Shown one piece after another: positions 8,548 to 16,949 of a stretch of DNA of 24,000 nucleotides (position 1 is its first letter; each line of letters begins with the position of its first letter). Position numbers and translations under genes: made by a program. The notes below the pieces were generated by a model. The model saw nothing but the letters and a program-made list of their open reading frames with translations. It did no database searches and was not told the DNA's origin. The DNA is from Propionibacteriales bacterium (GTDB lineage Bacteria > Actinomycetota > Actinomycetes > Propionibacteriales > Propionibacteriaceae), in assembly GCA_038242845.1 (NCBI GenBank), contig JBBSRQ010000008.1:9367-33366 (forward strand). Direction: 5' to 3'.

Positions 8548-9248
8548 GTGGTGGCGGGCCAGCCAGGCGCCCCCGATGGTCAACACCACGAGGACGCCGA
8601 CGGCCATCAGGAACGGCCAACTGCCGGGATCGGCCCCATACGCGCCGACAGCAACGTAGGCGACCGTACCTGGCAAGATCCGACTCCTGTTGCGAGGAGG
8701 TACGCCGGGAAGCGGACGGCGGTCAGGCCGCTGCCGTAATTCACAGCGCTGAACGGCACCAGCGGCACCAGCCGTGCGAGGAGGACCGCCACCAACCCGT
8801 GTTTGAGGACGAGGGCGTCGAGTTTCTCAAGGCGAACCCCGGCGAGCCGACGGACGCCGTCGCGACCCAGTACCCTGCCGATACCAAACGACGCCGCTGC
8901 CCCGATCATCGCGGCAAGCCACACTAGACCGGTGCGGATGATCAGCCCGAATGCCAATCCCGCGGCTGCGGAGAGCAAGTTCTTCGGTACTGGCAGGAGA
9001 GTAGCGACTGTATAGGCCCCGATGAACGCGAACGGAACCCACGCCCCGCCAGCGGTGGCCCACGCCTGCACCTCGTTGGCTGTGGGCAGGGGCACGAACA
9101 CCAGAATCCCGGCGCCAACGGCCAGCAGCACGACGAACAACCCAAGCTTTGTCCAGATCCCCACAGTTGCCTTCACGTGGGTGGAAGCACTTGAAAGGCC
9201 CATTGTGTTCCATGCGAGTGGGAGTGCAGGTGCGCTGATGCCAGTCAC
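8548..9248 (-). pseudogene. TVP38/TMEM64 (DedA-related) membrane protein with a frameshift; 3' end unclear
   Basis: ORF 8607..9248 reads ...LVPLVPFSAVNYGSGLTAVRFPAYLLATGVG and then goes out of frame. The expected continuation (I)LPGTVAYVAVGAYGADPGSWPFLMAVGVLVVLTIGGAW is in ORF 8131..8676, with the shift near 8677-8683. After the shift there is no stop before 8131, so a further lesion or lost stop is likely. Confidence 0.65.
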
Positions 9249-9446
9249 CCGGAGATATCTGCAAGGAAACGGAGTGTGTTGTCACTCACCCAGCCACCTG
9301 CAGCATTGGGCAGCGTACCCCGCGAGAGTGTTACGAATTGGTCGGATCCCGGACCGCAGGGCGACGTCGCACCTTGTCGTTCCCCCACCTCAACGTCGTC
9401 TGGTCCTGAGAGTCCGCGTTTCGTTGTGGCGTCTGGGCGCCGCGGT

Positions 9447-9707
9447 TCATTCGTCCAACTGCGTGAGGCCGTCGGCGAAGGTGCGGAGCCGTTGGATGGC
9501 GGCCGGGTCGACCGGCGCGGCTTCTGGGCCAGCGATCAGCAGTGCTGTCTTGATCGCCTGGTAGATGTTGGCCTCCAACCCGCACATGCGGCAGGTCTCG
9601 AGGTGCTTGGACGCCATGCTCGCGGTGAGACCGTCGGCCTGACCGTCGAGGTAGTCCTGCAGGACGCGCGCCCCCACGTGGCACTCTGAGCGCGAAAGCC
9701 CGAACAT
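9447..9707 (-). CDS. Zinc-binding anti-sigma factor (ZAS), RsrA/RshA-like
   Basis: The 86-aa product is MFGLSRSECHVGARVLQDYLDG...SKHLETCRMCGLEANIYQAIKTAL... It has C9 plus H35-x3-C39-x2-C42, the same spacing as the C11/H37/C41/C44 zinc ligands of S. coelicolor RsrA. ATG 9707-9705 overlaps the TGA of the upstream sigma reading frame (ATGTGATG). Confidence 0.75.
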   Translation of the reverse strand: MFGLSRSECHVGARVLQDYLDGQADGLTASMASKHLETCRMCGLEANIYQAIKTALLIAGPEAAPVDPAAIQRLRTFADGLTQLDE

Positions 9708-9915
9708 CACATCGTCCTCCGTCTGAGGACCAGGCCCTCCGCAGCCAACTGTTTCCGCATACGAGCGCGGGCGATGAAGCCGGCTCATCACGGTCCCCCT
9801 CGGCACGCCGAGCGCATCCGCCGCGGCCTGGTAGGACAGGCCCTTCAGATCCACGAGCCCCACCACCTGCTGGTGCTTCTTCGGCAGCGATGCCAGCGAA
9901 TTCACGTTGGCTACG
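9707..9915 (-). pseudogene. ECF (SigH/SigR-like) sigma factor remnant: region 4 only, frameshifted
   Basis: The region 4 helix-turn-helix is readable: LASLPKKHQQVVGLVDLKGLSYQAAADALGVPRGTVMSRLHR. The natural C-terminus ARARMRKQLAAEGLVLRRRTM* is in another frame (1-nt loss near 9765-9773). No convincing region 2 lies upstream, and a plus-strand gene starts at 10099. Confidence 0.6.
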
Positions 9916-10098
9916 GGGCGTTGTTGATCCCGTCCTGTCCGATCACACCAAGCGAAACCCGCTCGCCCGCCGCAACGATTCCGCAGATTGAGCGTGAAGA
10001 ATCCGAGAAAGGGAAGCGTGCGCGCCCTCCACCGGGTTTTCCTGACGAACCACCGCCCTCGAACCGATTGGGGGTTCCACCAGACAAGGGAGTCAGAA

Positions 10099-10523
10099 AT
10101 GACTGCAACACAACAAACCGCTGTTGGCGCACCGAGCCTGCCGGGTGTTGCCCGCGGTGTGGCCGGCGGCATCGTCGGGGCATCGCGTTCGGCATGCTCA
10201 TGCACCTGATGGGGATGATCGCCATAACGGTCGGGAGCGACTCCGTCGCGGTCGGATAGCTGCTTCACCTTGCCATCTCGGCGTTCATCGGCGCCACCTT
10301 CGCACTTCTGGCTGGTCGCCGGATCGCGGGCTATCTGCCTGGCGTGTTGTACGGAATGACCTACGGCCTGGTGTGGTGGGTGCTGGGTGCACTGATCACA
10401 ATGCCTGCAGCTCTGGGCATGCCGGTCTTCCAGATCAACCAGACCAGCCTTATGAGCCTGATCGGCCACCTGATCTTCGGGGCCCTCCTCGGGCTGACCT
10501 TTGTGGCGCTGAACCGCCGCTGA
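10099..10523 (+). pseudogene. Small multi-TM membrane protein of unknown function, with a frameshift and an in-frame TAG
   Basis: SD aagggag (10086-10092) precedes ATG 10099. The protein reads MTATQQTAVGAPSLPGVARGVAGGIVG, then a 1-nt loss in the G-run 10177-10180. It continues (G)IAFGMLMHLMGMIAITVGSDSVAVG, then TAG at 10257-10259 where TGG would fit. It ends LLHLAISAFIGATFALLAG...LIGHLIFGALLGLTFVALNRR*. Confidence 0.55.
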
Positions 10524-10942
10524 GGGCGCTCCCGACGTCGTGAGCCGGTGGGCTGATCGTCAGGATAGTGTCGAGGTCACCAATGCATGCGCGGCACAGA
10601 CGGATTGCCAATCGCGAGCAGTGGGTGGATTTCCTTCACAGAGCCAAGGGTGGGTGAACGGGATCGTGGGTGACGGACTGGTTCTCGGCGCGTATTCGCT
10701 GTTCAATGGCGTGCCGGAGGACGAGCTGGTTGCGGCGTACCGCCGGCTCGAGACGCAACCGCTGGTGGGGGCCCTGGAGATGCCGCTCGCGGAAGCTCTG
10801 GGGGAGCGCAACTGCTTGGGGGCGCTTCGCAACGGCCTTCCCGGCGTCGTGGCCGATACCGAGCACGGCGGTTGTGTCATTCGATGTGCCGGGGCGTGCC
10901 TGCCCCGCTAGCGTGGGGGACTCGTCAACCAAGGAGCGACAC

Positions 10943-11722
10943 ATGGCCACCTACTCGGAAGGCTACGAGTACCACATCCACCTCAGCCAGGGCGATATTG
11001 GACGCTACGTCTTCCTGCCCGGCGACCCCGGCCGCTGTGAGGTGATGGCCCAGCACTTTGACAATCCCCGGTTCGTGGCGTCCAACAGGGAGCACACCAC
11101 ATGGGCGGGGGAGCTCGATGGTGAGCCGGTGGCGGTCACGTCGACCGGCATGGGTGGGCCGAGTGCAGCGATCGCCGTCGAAGAACTGATCCACGTGGGA
11201 GCCGACACCTTCATGCGGGTCGGGACGGCCGGCGCGATGCAGCCGGAGACGCAGCCGGGCGACATCGCCGTGATCAACGCGTCCATCCGCGACGAGGGCA
11301 CCGGTCTGCACTACCTCCCGATGGAGTTCCCAGCGGTGGGTGACCAGGACCTGATCAACGCGTTGGTGACGGCGTCCCAGAGGCTGGGGAAGCGGTACCA
11401 CGTGGGCATTTCACAGTCCAAGGACTCGTTCTACGGTCAGCACAGCCCGGACTCGATGCCGGTGGGCCCCCACCTGAAGCAACGGTGGGACGCATGGGTC
11501 AAGGGCGGCTGTCTGGTCTCGGAGATGGAGTGCGCTGCCCTCTATCTGGTGGCATCAACGCGTCGTGTCCGCGCGGGCGGCGTCATGATGATCATGGGTC
11601 ACCACGACTTCGCGCCGATGACGGATCAGGAGAAGGAAGCCTCACAGGTGGGCAACCTGATCCCCGTCGCCATCGAGGGCATGCGTCAGGTGATCGCAGC
11701 CGACAAGGCCAAGAGCGCCTGA
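10943..11722 (+). CDS. udp: Uridine phosphorylase
   Basis: SD aaggag lies 6 nt upstream of ATG 10943. The product is collinear with E. coli Udp as recalled: PGDPGRCE, NREHTTWAGELDGEPVAVTSTGMGGPSAAIAVEEL, RVGTAGA, EFPAVGD, SEMECAAL. Confidence 0.85.
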   Translation: MATYSEGYEYHIHLSQGDIGRYVFLPGDPGRCEVMAQHFDNPRFVASNREHTTWAGELDGEPVAVTSTGMGGPSAAIAVEELIHVGADTFMRVGTAGAMQPETQPGDIAVINASIRDEGTGLHYLPMEFPAVGDQDLINALVTASQRLGKRYHVGISQSKDSFYGQHSPDSMPVGPHLKQRWDAWVKGGCLVSEMECAALYLVASTRRVRAGGVMMIMGHHDFAPMTDQEKEASQVGNLIPVAIEGMRQVIAADKAKSA

Positions 11723-11723
11723 A

Positions 11724-12422
11724 TCATCGGGAGAGCTCGGCCTCCAGCTCCAGCACACGGGGGAACAACACGTTGTTCTCCTTGTGGATGTGCTCATGCA
11801 GGTCGAGCTCCATCTCCTCCAGTCCGGTCAGCATGGCGCGATAGGAACTGCACGCGCCTTCGGGTACGGCATAGCTGTTCGTCAGGATCCGGATCTGCTT
11901 GAACAGGTTCCCAACGGCCTCGTGTTCGTCGCGCAACTGTTGGATCGGTTGTGTGAGGGACCCTGCCGTGCTCGGACCGGACTTCTCCATCCGGGTGATG
12001 GCGGGGAAGACGACGCGTTCTTCTTGTGTCATGTGGGGATCCAGTGCGGCGATGGCTTGGGAGTAGGTGGCGTGGACCTCAGCGAGTTCGGGGTGCCGGT
12101 CGCCGTGCACACCATGCACCTTCTCGACCAGCGCCTGAAGTCTCGGCATCTCCTCCCACATGTAGGCGTGATGGGAATCGACGATGTCGTGAGCGAGGGC
12201 TGAGTTCGCACGCGGCTGGCTGCTTGCCTCAACGGGCGACACCCCGGGCAGGTCGAGCGCCGCCGCCACATCGTCGACGTCCAGACCGGCGGCGGTGGCC
12301 GCCTCCGCGAGCGAGCGATGACCGTTGCAGCAGTAGTCCAGGCCGAGCCCCTCAAGAATCCGCGAGCGTCGCGGGTCGGCGGTGACGAGGTCTCCCAGGG
12401 GCGTGTTCTTTTCGACAGTCAT
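11724..12422 (-). CDS. Iron-sulfur cluster repair di-iron protein (RIC / ScdA / YtfE family)
   Basis: It has an N-terminal ScdA_N-type motif (LGLDYCCNGHRSL) followed by a hemerythrin-like domain with repeated His/Glu motifs (HHAYMWEE, HGDRHPEL, DEHEAV, LHEHIHKENNVLFP). ATG 12422 is in frame within ORF 11724..12533. Confidence 0.85.
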   Translation of the reverse strand: MTVEKNTPLGDLVTADPRRSRILEGLGLDYCCNGHRSLAEAATAAGLDVDDVAAALDLPGVSPVEASSQPRANSALAHDIVDSHHAYMWEEMPRLQALVEKVHGVHGDRHPELAEVHATYSQAIAALDPHMTQEERVVFPAITRMEKSGPSTAGSLTQPIQQLRDEHEAVGNLFKQIRILTNSYAVPEGACSSYRAMLTGLEEMELDLHEHIHKENNVLFPRVLELEAELSR

Positions 12423-12609
12423 GCGACCACAATAACTACAGCTGGGTGTGGACAAAAGCCGTGGTGCGTTGTCGTGAACGTGGTCTTCAGGCGGTCGTGC
12501 CCTGGCAATGACGCCAAGGTCGCGGCAGCACAATCCTCGTCGGGCACGCCCCGGCTATCGGCTGATAGGCTCGCAGCGGCGTAGCTCGCACTCTTCCTTA
12601 GGGAGAACG

Positions 12610-14097
12610 ATGACAGCGGAAAATCTCGAGAACGACCTTGGTCCTGTGTCGGCCGTCATCGTTCTTGCAGCCGGCGGGGGCTCCCGCATGAAGTCCTCAC
12701 AATCAAAGTTGCTCCATCACATCTCTGGCAAGACGATGCTGCACTACGCAGTGTCTGCTGGCGCTGCACTGGACCCCGCCCACCTCGTCGTCGTGGTGGG
12801 GAAGTACCGCGAGCAGGTCGTCGAGGAGCTGGGGCAACTGTCCACATCCGTGACCACGGCGCTCCAGAAGGAGCAACTGGGCACGGGCCACGCGGTGCTC
12901 TGTGGGCTTGCCGAACTTGGTGACCTCACGGGTGAGGTGGTCGTCACCTATGGCGACGTGCCCCTGCTGACGGGCGACACGCTGCGGCAGCTTGTGGCCG
13001 TCCACCGTGCCAACCGGAACTGCGCCACCGTCCTGACGGCGAACGTCAAGGACCCCACCGGCTACGGGCGCATCGTGCGCGACGGCGAACGTGTGGTTGG
13101 CATCGTCGAGCATGACGACGCCACTGCCGAACAGAAGTTGATCAACGAGATCAACTCCGGTATCTACGTCTTTGACGCCGAGACGCTGCGGACAGGGCTG
13201 GCGGAACTCAGCACCGACAATGCCCAGGGTGAGCAGTACCTCACCGACGTGGTGGAATCTGCCCACGAACGCGGCGACCGCGTCGGCGCGCTGGTCACCG
13301 ACGACATCTGGCAGACCGAGGGCGTCAACGACCGTATCCAGCTCGCCCGCATCACCGCGGAGATGAACCGACGTACCCTCGACGCCTGGATGCTGGCCGG
13401 CGTCACGATCATGGACCCGGGATCCACGTTCATCGACGTCGACGTTGACCTGGCCCGCGACGTGGTCCTCATGCCCGGCACGATCCTGCAGGGCGCCACC
13501 ACCATCGGTGAGGGCGCAATCATCGGCCCGGACACCAGCCTCATGAACGTGGAAGTGGGTGCGGGTGCTGAGGTTGTGCGGACGCACGGGTCGTTCGCGA
13601 TCATCGGGGAGGGTGCCCACGTGGGGCCGTTCTCGTACCTGCGCCCCGGCACGCAGCTGGGCCGCGACGGCAAGATCGGCGCGTTCGTGGAGACCAAGAA
13701 CGCCGTCATCGGCGAGGGTTCCAAGGTGCCCCACCTGGCCTACTGTGGCGACGCCATCCTCGACGACGGCGTCAACATCGGCGCCGGCACGATCTTTGCC
13801 AACTACGACGGGGTCAACAAATCCACAACCCATGTCGGCAAGGACGCCTTCGTGGGTTCCAACTCGGTGCTGGTGGCACCGGTCGACATCGCCCCGGGCG
13901 GTTTCGTGGCCGCCGGGTCGGCGGTCACCGAGGACGTCCCCGCCGGTGGCCTCGCGATCGCACGGGGCAGGCAGCACACTGTCGAGGGATGGGTGGTCAA
14001 GCGTCGCCCGGGGTCCAAGGCTGCACAGTCCGCGCAAGCCCACGACGGTGCCATCCACCCCGCAATCCTGGAATCGCGTTCACAACAGAAGGGCTGA
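12610..14097 (+). CDS. glmU: Bifunctional UDP-N-acetylglucosamine pyrophosphorylase / glucosamine-1-phosphate N-acetyltransferase
   Basis: It has the N-terminal nucleotidyltransferase motif VIVLAAGGGSRMKS...KLLH and a C-terminal left-handed beta-helix hexapeptide repeat region (IGEGAIIGPDT.., VGAGAEV.., IGEGSKV.., NIGAGTIFANYDG). ATG 12610 follows gggag. The 495-aa length is like mycobacterial GlmU. Confidence 0.95.
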   Translation: MTAENLENDLGPVSAVIVLAAGGGSRMKSSQSKLLHHISGKTMLHYAVSAGAALDPAHLVVVVGKYREQVVEELGQLSTSVTTALQKEQLGTGHAVLCGLAELGDLTGEVVVTYGDVPLLTGDTLRQLVAVHRANRNCATVLTANVKDPTGYGRIVRDGERVVGIVEHDDATAEQKLINEINSGIYVFDAETLRTGLAELSTDNAQGEQYLTDVVESAHERGDRVGALVTDDIWQTEGVNDRIQLARITAEMNRRTLDAWMLAGVTIMDPGSTFIDVDVDLARDVVLMPGTILQGATTIGEGAIIGPDTSLMNVEVGAGAEVVRTHGSFAIIGEGAHVGPFSYLRPGTQLGRDGKIGAFVETKNAVIGEGSKVPHLAYCGDAILDDGVNIGAGTIFANYDGVNKSTTHVGKDAFVGSNSVLVAPVDIAPGGFVAAGSAVTEDVPAGGLAIARGRQHTVEGWVVKRRPGSKAAQSAQAHDGAIHPAILESRSQQKG

Positions 14098-14105
14098 ACA
14101 CTTTT

Positions 14106-15080
14106 ATGACCAACAGCACCGCGAACAACAAGCACCTGATGCTCTTCGCGGGCCGTGGCTTCCCGGAGCTGGCCGAAGAAGTGGCCACGCTCATGGGGAC
14201 CGACCTCGTCCCCACCAGGTCCTTCGCCTACGCCAACTCCGAGATCTACGTGCGGTTCGAGGAGTCGGTCAGGGGCTGTGACGCATTCGTCATCCAGTCC
14301 CACACTGCCCCCGTGAACGAGTGGATCATGGAGCAGCTCATCATGGTGGACGCCCTCAAGCGAGCCTCCGCCAAGCGAATCACGGTGGTGTCGCCGTTCT
14401 ACCCCTACGCACGCCAGGACAAGAAGCACCTCGGCCGCGAACCCATCTCCGCCCGTCTCATCGCCGACCTCTACAAGGCGGCCGGTGCGGACCGCATCAT
14501 GTCGGTGGACCTCCACGCAGCCCAGATCCAGGGATTCTTCGACGGACCCGTCGACCACCTGTGGGGGTTGCCGGTGCTGAGCGAGTACGTCAAGGAGAAG
14601 TACACCGCCGATGAGATGTGTGTCGTATCGCCCGACGCCGGTCGCGTGCGGCTCGCCGACATGTGGACCGACCAACTGAACTGCCCGTTGGCCATCGTGC
14701 ACAAGCGCCGCGATCACGACAAGGCGAACACCGTTGCGGTGCACGAAGTGGTGGGTGATGTGCAGGGCAAGACCTGCATCCTCGTCGACGACATGATCGA
14801 CACTGCCGGCACCATCGCGCAGGCCGCAGCCGCGCTGCGCGAACGAGGTGCCAAGCGTGTGATTGCCGCCGCGACGCACGCAGTGTTCTCCGGCCCGGCA
14901 TCCGAGCGACTCAACGCCTCCGACCTGGAGGAGATCATCGTCACCAACACGCTGCCGATCAAGACACCCGAGCCCATCGAGAACCTCACGGTGCTCTCGA
15001 TCGCTCCGCTGCTGGCCAAGGCCATCAACGCGGTGTTCATGGACGGGTCGGTCACGTCGCTGTTCGGTGGCCAAGCCTGA
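14106..15080 (+). CDS. prs: Ribose-phosphate pyrophosphokinase
   Basis: Motifs seen are LMLFAGRGFPELAEEVA, ANSEIYVRFEESVRG, YARQDKK, DLHAAQIQGFF and the PRPP-binding loop ILVDDMIDTAGT. It starts 8 nt after the glmU stop. Confidence 0.95.
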   Translation: MTNSTANNKHLMLFAGRGFPELAEEVATLMGTDLVPTRSFAYANSEIYVRFEESVRGCDAFVIQSHTAPVNEWIMEQLIMVDALKRASAKRITVVSPFYPYARQDKKHLGREPISARLIADLYKAAGADRIMSVDLHAAQIQGFFDGPVDHLWGLPVLSEYVKEKYTADEMCVVSPDAGRVRLADMWTDQLNCPLAIVHKRRDHDKANTVAVHEVVGDVQGKTCILVDDMIDTAGTIAQAAAALRERGAKRVIAAATHAVFSGPASERLNASDLEEIIVTNTLPIKTPEPIENLTVLSIAPLLAKAINAVFMDGSVTSLFGGQA

Positions 15081-15081
15081 C

Positions 15082-16032
15082 ATGGAGACACGTCGGCGCA
15101 ACAAGCTCGCGATCGTCGGTGCGGGGGCGGTCGGTTCATCCCTGGCCTACGCCGCACTGATCCGCGGGGTTGCGCGCCACGTCGTCCTCTACGACGTCGA
15201 CGGGGTGAAGGCGCGGGCCGAGGCCCTCGACCTCGAGCACGGCAGCCAGTTCATGCCGACGGCGCGGGTGGAGGGCTCCGACGACCCGGAGATCACCCGC
15301 GGCTCCGACGTCGTCGTCATCACCGCCGGGGCCAAGCAGAAGCCGGGTGAGTCCCGGATGGACCTGGCTGCTTCCACCGTCGGCCTCATGAAGAAGGTCA
15401 TCCCGCCCATGGTGGAGCGCTCGCCCGATGCGCTGTTCCTGATGGTGACCAACCCCGTGGACGTCACCACGTACGCGGCACTCAAGATCAGCGGCCTCCC
15501 CCGCAACCAGTTGTTCGGCTCCGGGACCGTGCTCGACTCGTCGCGTCTGCGGGTGTTGGTGGCGCAGCACTGCGGCGTGGCGATCGGCAACGTGCACGCC
15601 TACATCTGCGGCGAACACGGCGACACCGAGATCCCCATCTGGTCAAGTGCCACCATCAGCGGTGTACCGCTGCTGAAGTGGGAGGTGCAGACGGGGCGGC
15701 TCGGTGAGTCCGTGCGCGATGACATCGCGGATCGCGTCCTCAACGCGGCCTACGAGGTGATCGCAGGCAAGGGTGCCACCAACTACGCCATCGGCGTTTC
15801 GGGCGCTCGCATCATCGAGGCGATGTTCAACGACGAGCACCGGGTCCTTCCCGTCTCCAGCCATCTGAGCGGGTGGCATGGCATCTCCGACGTGTGCATG
15901 TCGGTGCCCACCATCGTCGACCGTCGTGGGGTGGGGATGAGCGTCGAGATCCCACTGCAGGACGGGGAGTTGGGTGCCATGCACGACTCCGCCGACGCCA
16001 TTCGTGCGACGCTGCGAAGGATCGGCTTCTAG
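15082..16032 (+). CDS. ldh: L-lactate dehydrogenase
   Basis: Motifs seen are KLAIVGAGAVGSS (NAD), ITAGAKQKPGESRMDL (Gln at the LDH/MDH discriminating position), NPVD and the catalytic GEHGDTE. It starts 1 nt after the prs stop. Confidence 0.9.
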   Translation: METRRRNKLAIVGAGAVGSSLAYAALIRGVARHVVLYDVDGVKARAEALDLEHGSQFMPTARVEGSDDPEITRGSDVVVITAGAKQKPGESRMDLAASTVGLMKKVIPPMVERSPDALFLMVTNPVDVTTYAALKISGLPRNQLFGSGTVLDSSRLRVLVAQHCGVAIGNVHAYICGEHGDTEIPIWSSATISGVPLLKWEVQTGRLGESVRDDIADRVLNAAYEVIAGKGATNYAIGVSGARIIEAMFNDEHRVLPVSSHLSGWHGISDVCMSVPTIVDRRGVGMSVEIPLQDGELGAMHDSADAIRATLRRIGF

Positions 16033-16044
16033 TAGTCCGGGCGT

Positions 16045-16066
16045 CGGTCGGGGGTTTCCCCGACCG
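16045..16066 (+). terminator. Stem-loop terminator candidate downstream of ldh
   Basis: cggtcgggg-gttt-ccccgaccg forms a perfect 9-bp GC-rich stem with a 4-nt loop, 12 nt after the ldh stop. It has no U tail, the I-shaped type common in high-GC actinobacteria. Confidence 0.5.
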
Positions 16067-16074
16067 TGGCAGGG

Positions 16075-16089
16075 GTGGTGTAACACCAC
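16075..16089. promoter_or_regulatory. 15-bp perfect palindrome, candidate operator upstream of the ABC/EEP operon
   Basis: gtggtgt-a-acaccac lies about 100 nt upstream of ATG 16191. The central spacing is too tight for a full hairpin, so a dimeric DNA-binding protein site is the more natural reading. Confidence 0.25.
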
Positions 16090-16190
16090 AGTGCGACGCG
16101 GGTCGGGGGCGTGGAGACCCCTGGGCCGATCCGCGGGAGGGCTGTTCGTTCCTAGGCTTCGTCATGAATCGACGAAAGGTCTGAGAACCC

Positions 16191-16949
16191 ATGTCCACTG
16201 TGCAGATCAGCGCCCCACCCACCGTGTCCGCATGCCACACCGAGCACCTGAGGAAAATCTACGGTGTCGGAGCCGACCGCGAGGTGGTGGCCCTGGACGA
16301 TGTCTCGGTCACCATCAGCCCAGGATCCTTCACGGCGATCATGGGGCCGTCCGGGTCCGGCAAGTCGACGCTCATGCACTGCATGGCAGGCCTGGATCGG
16401 GCGACGTCCGGAAATGTGTGGATGGGGGATCACAACCTGTCGCAGCTTCCGGAGAAGCAGGTGACCAGGATCCGTCGCGACAAGGTCGGGTTCGTGTTCC
16501 AGTCGTTCAACCTCCTGCCAGCACTGACGGCGCAGCAGAACATCGTGTTGCCGCTGGACCTCGCGGGACGCAAGGTGGATGGGGCGCACTTCTCGGCCGT
16601 CATTGAGTCCCTCGGACTGGGCGACCGGCTCACGCACCGCCCCAGCCAGCTTTCGGGAGGGCAGCAGCAGCGCGTTGCCATCGCGCGTGCGCTCATGACC
16701 CGTCCGCAGGTGGTGTTCGCCGACGAACCCACCGGTGCCCTCGACTCGCGGACCGGGACGGCACTGCTGGAGTACCTGCGTCGCTGCAGCAGGGAGCAGG
16801 GCCAGACCATCATCATGGTGACCCACGACCCGAAGGCTGCCGCGTACGCTGACCGCGCACTGGTCCTGCTGGACGGCGGAATCGTCGACGACGTGGACAG
16901 CCCGAGCGCAGAGCTCATGCTCGCCACTTTCGGACGGCTGGGCGCCTGA
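16191..16949 (+). CDS. ABC transporter ATP-binding protein (MacB/LolD/FtsE-like subgroup)
   Basis: Walker A GPSGSGKST, Q-loop FVFQSFNLLP, signature LSGGQQQRVAIARAL, Walker B VVFADEPTGALD, H-loop MVTHD. Confidence 0.9.
   Translation: MSTVQISAPPTVSACHTEHLRKIYGVGADREVVALDDVSVTISPGSFTAIMGPSGSGKSTLMHCMAGLDRATSGNVWMGDHNLSQLPEKQVTRIRRDKVGFVFQSFNLLPALTAQQNIVLPLDLAGRKVDGAHFSAVIESLGLGDRLTHRPSQLSGGQQQRVAIARALMTRPQVVFADEPTGALDSRTGTALLEYLRRCSREQGQTIIMVTHDPKAAAYADRALVLLDGGIVDDVDSPSAELMLATFGRLGA

Noticed and set aside
9447-10469. 340-aa minus ORF taken as one protein
   Set aside because: It is a chimera of three parts read in one frame: antisense of the plus-strand membrane gene, a sigma region-4 remnant, and the anti-sigma gene. 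The authentic sigma C-terminus and stop are in another frame.
10540-10911. 123-aa plus ORF upstream of udp; the segment LVLGAYSLFNGVPEDELVAAYRRLETQPLVGALEMPL faintly resembles the N-terminus of a TIM-barrel sugar isomerase-like family
   Set aside because: The resemblance is too weak and short to support from memory, and the rest of the ORF looks non-coding. It may be another gene fragment, but I cannot support a call.
11720-11726. udp and the RIC gene converge with stops only 1 nt apart and no terminator hairpin
   Set aside because: Tight convergent junctions are common in compact high-GC genomes, and nothing else is unusual here.
12703-15104. Very long minus-strand ORFs (12703..14058, 451 aa; 13803..15104, 433 aa) opposite glmU and prs
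   Set aside because: Their products are Arg/Gly/Val/Asp-rich and low-complexity with no motifs. They are typical antisense open frames of high-GC DNA, and the plus-strand genes carry unmistakable GlmU and Prs motifs.
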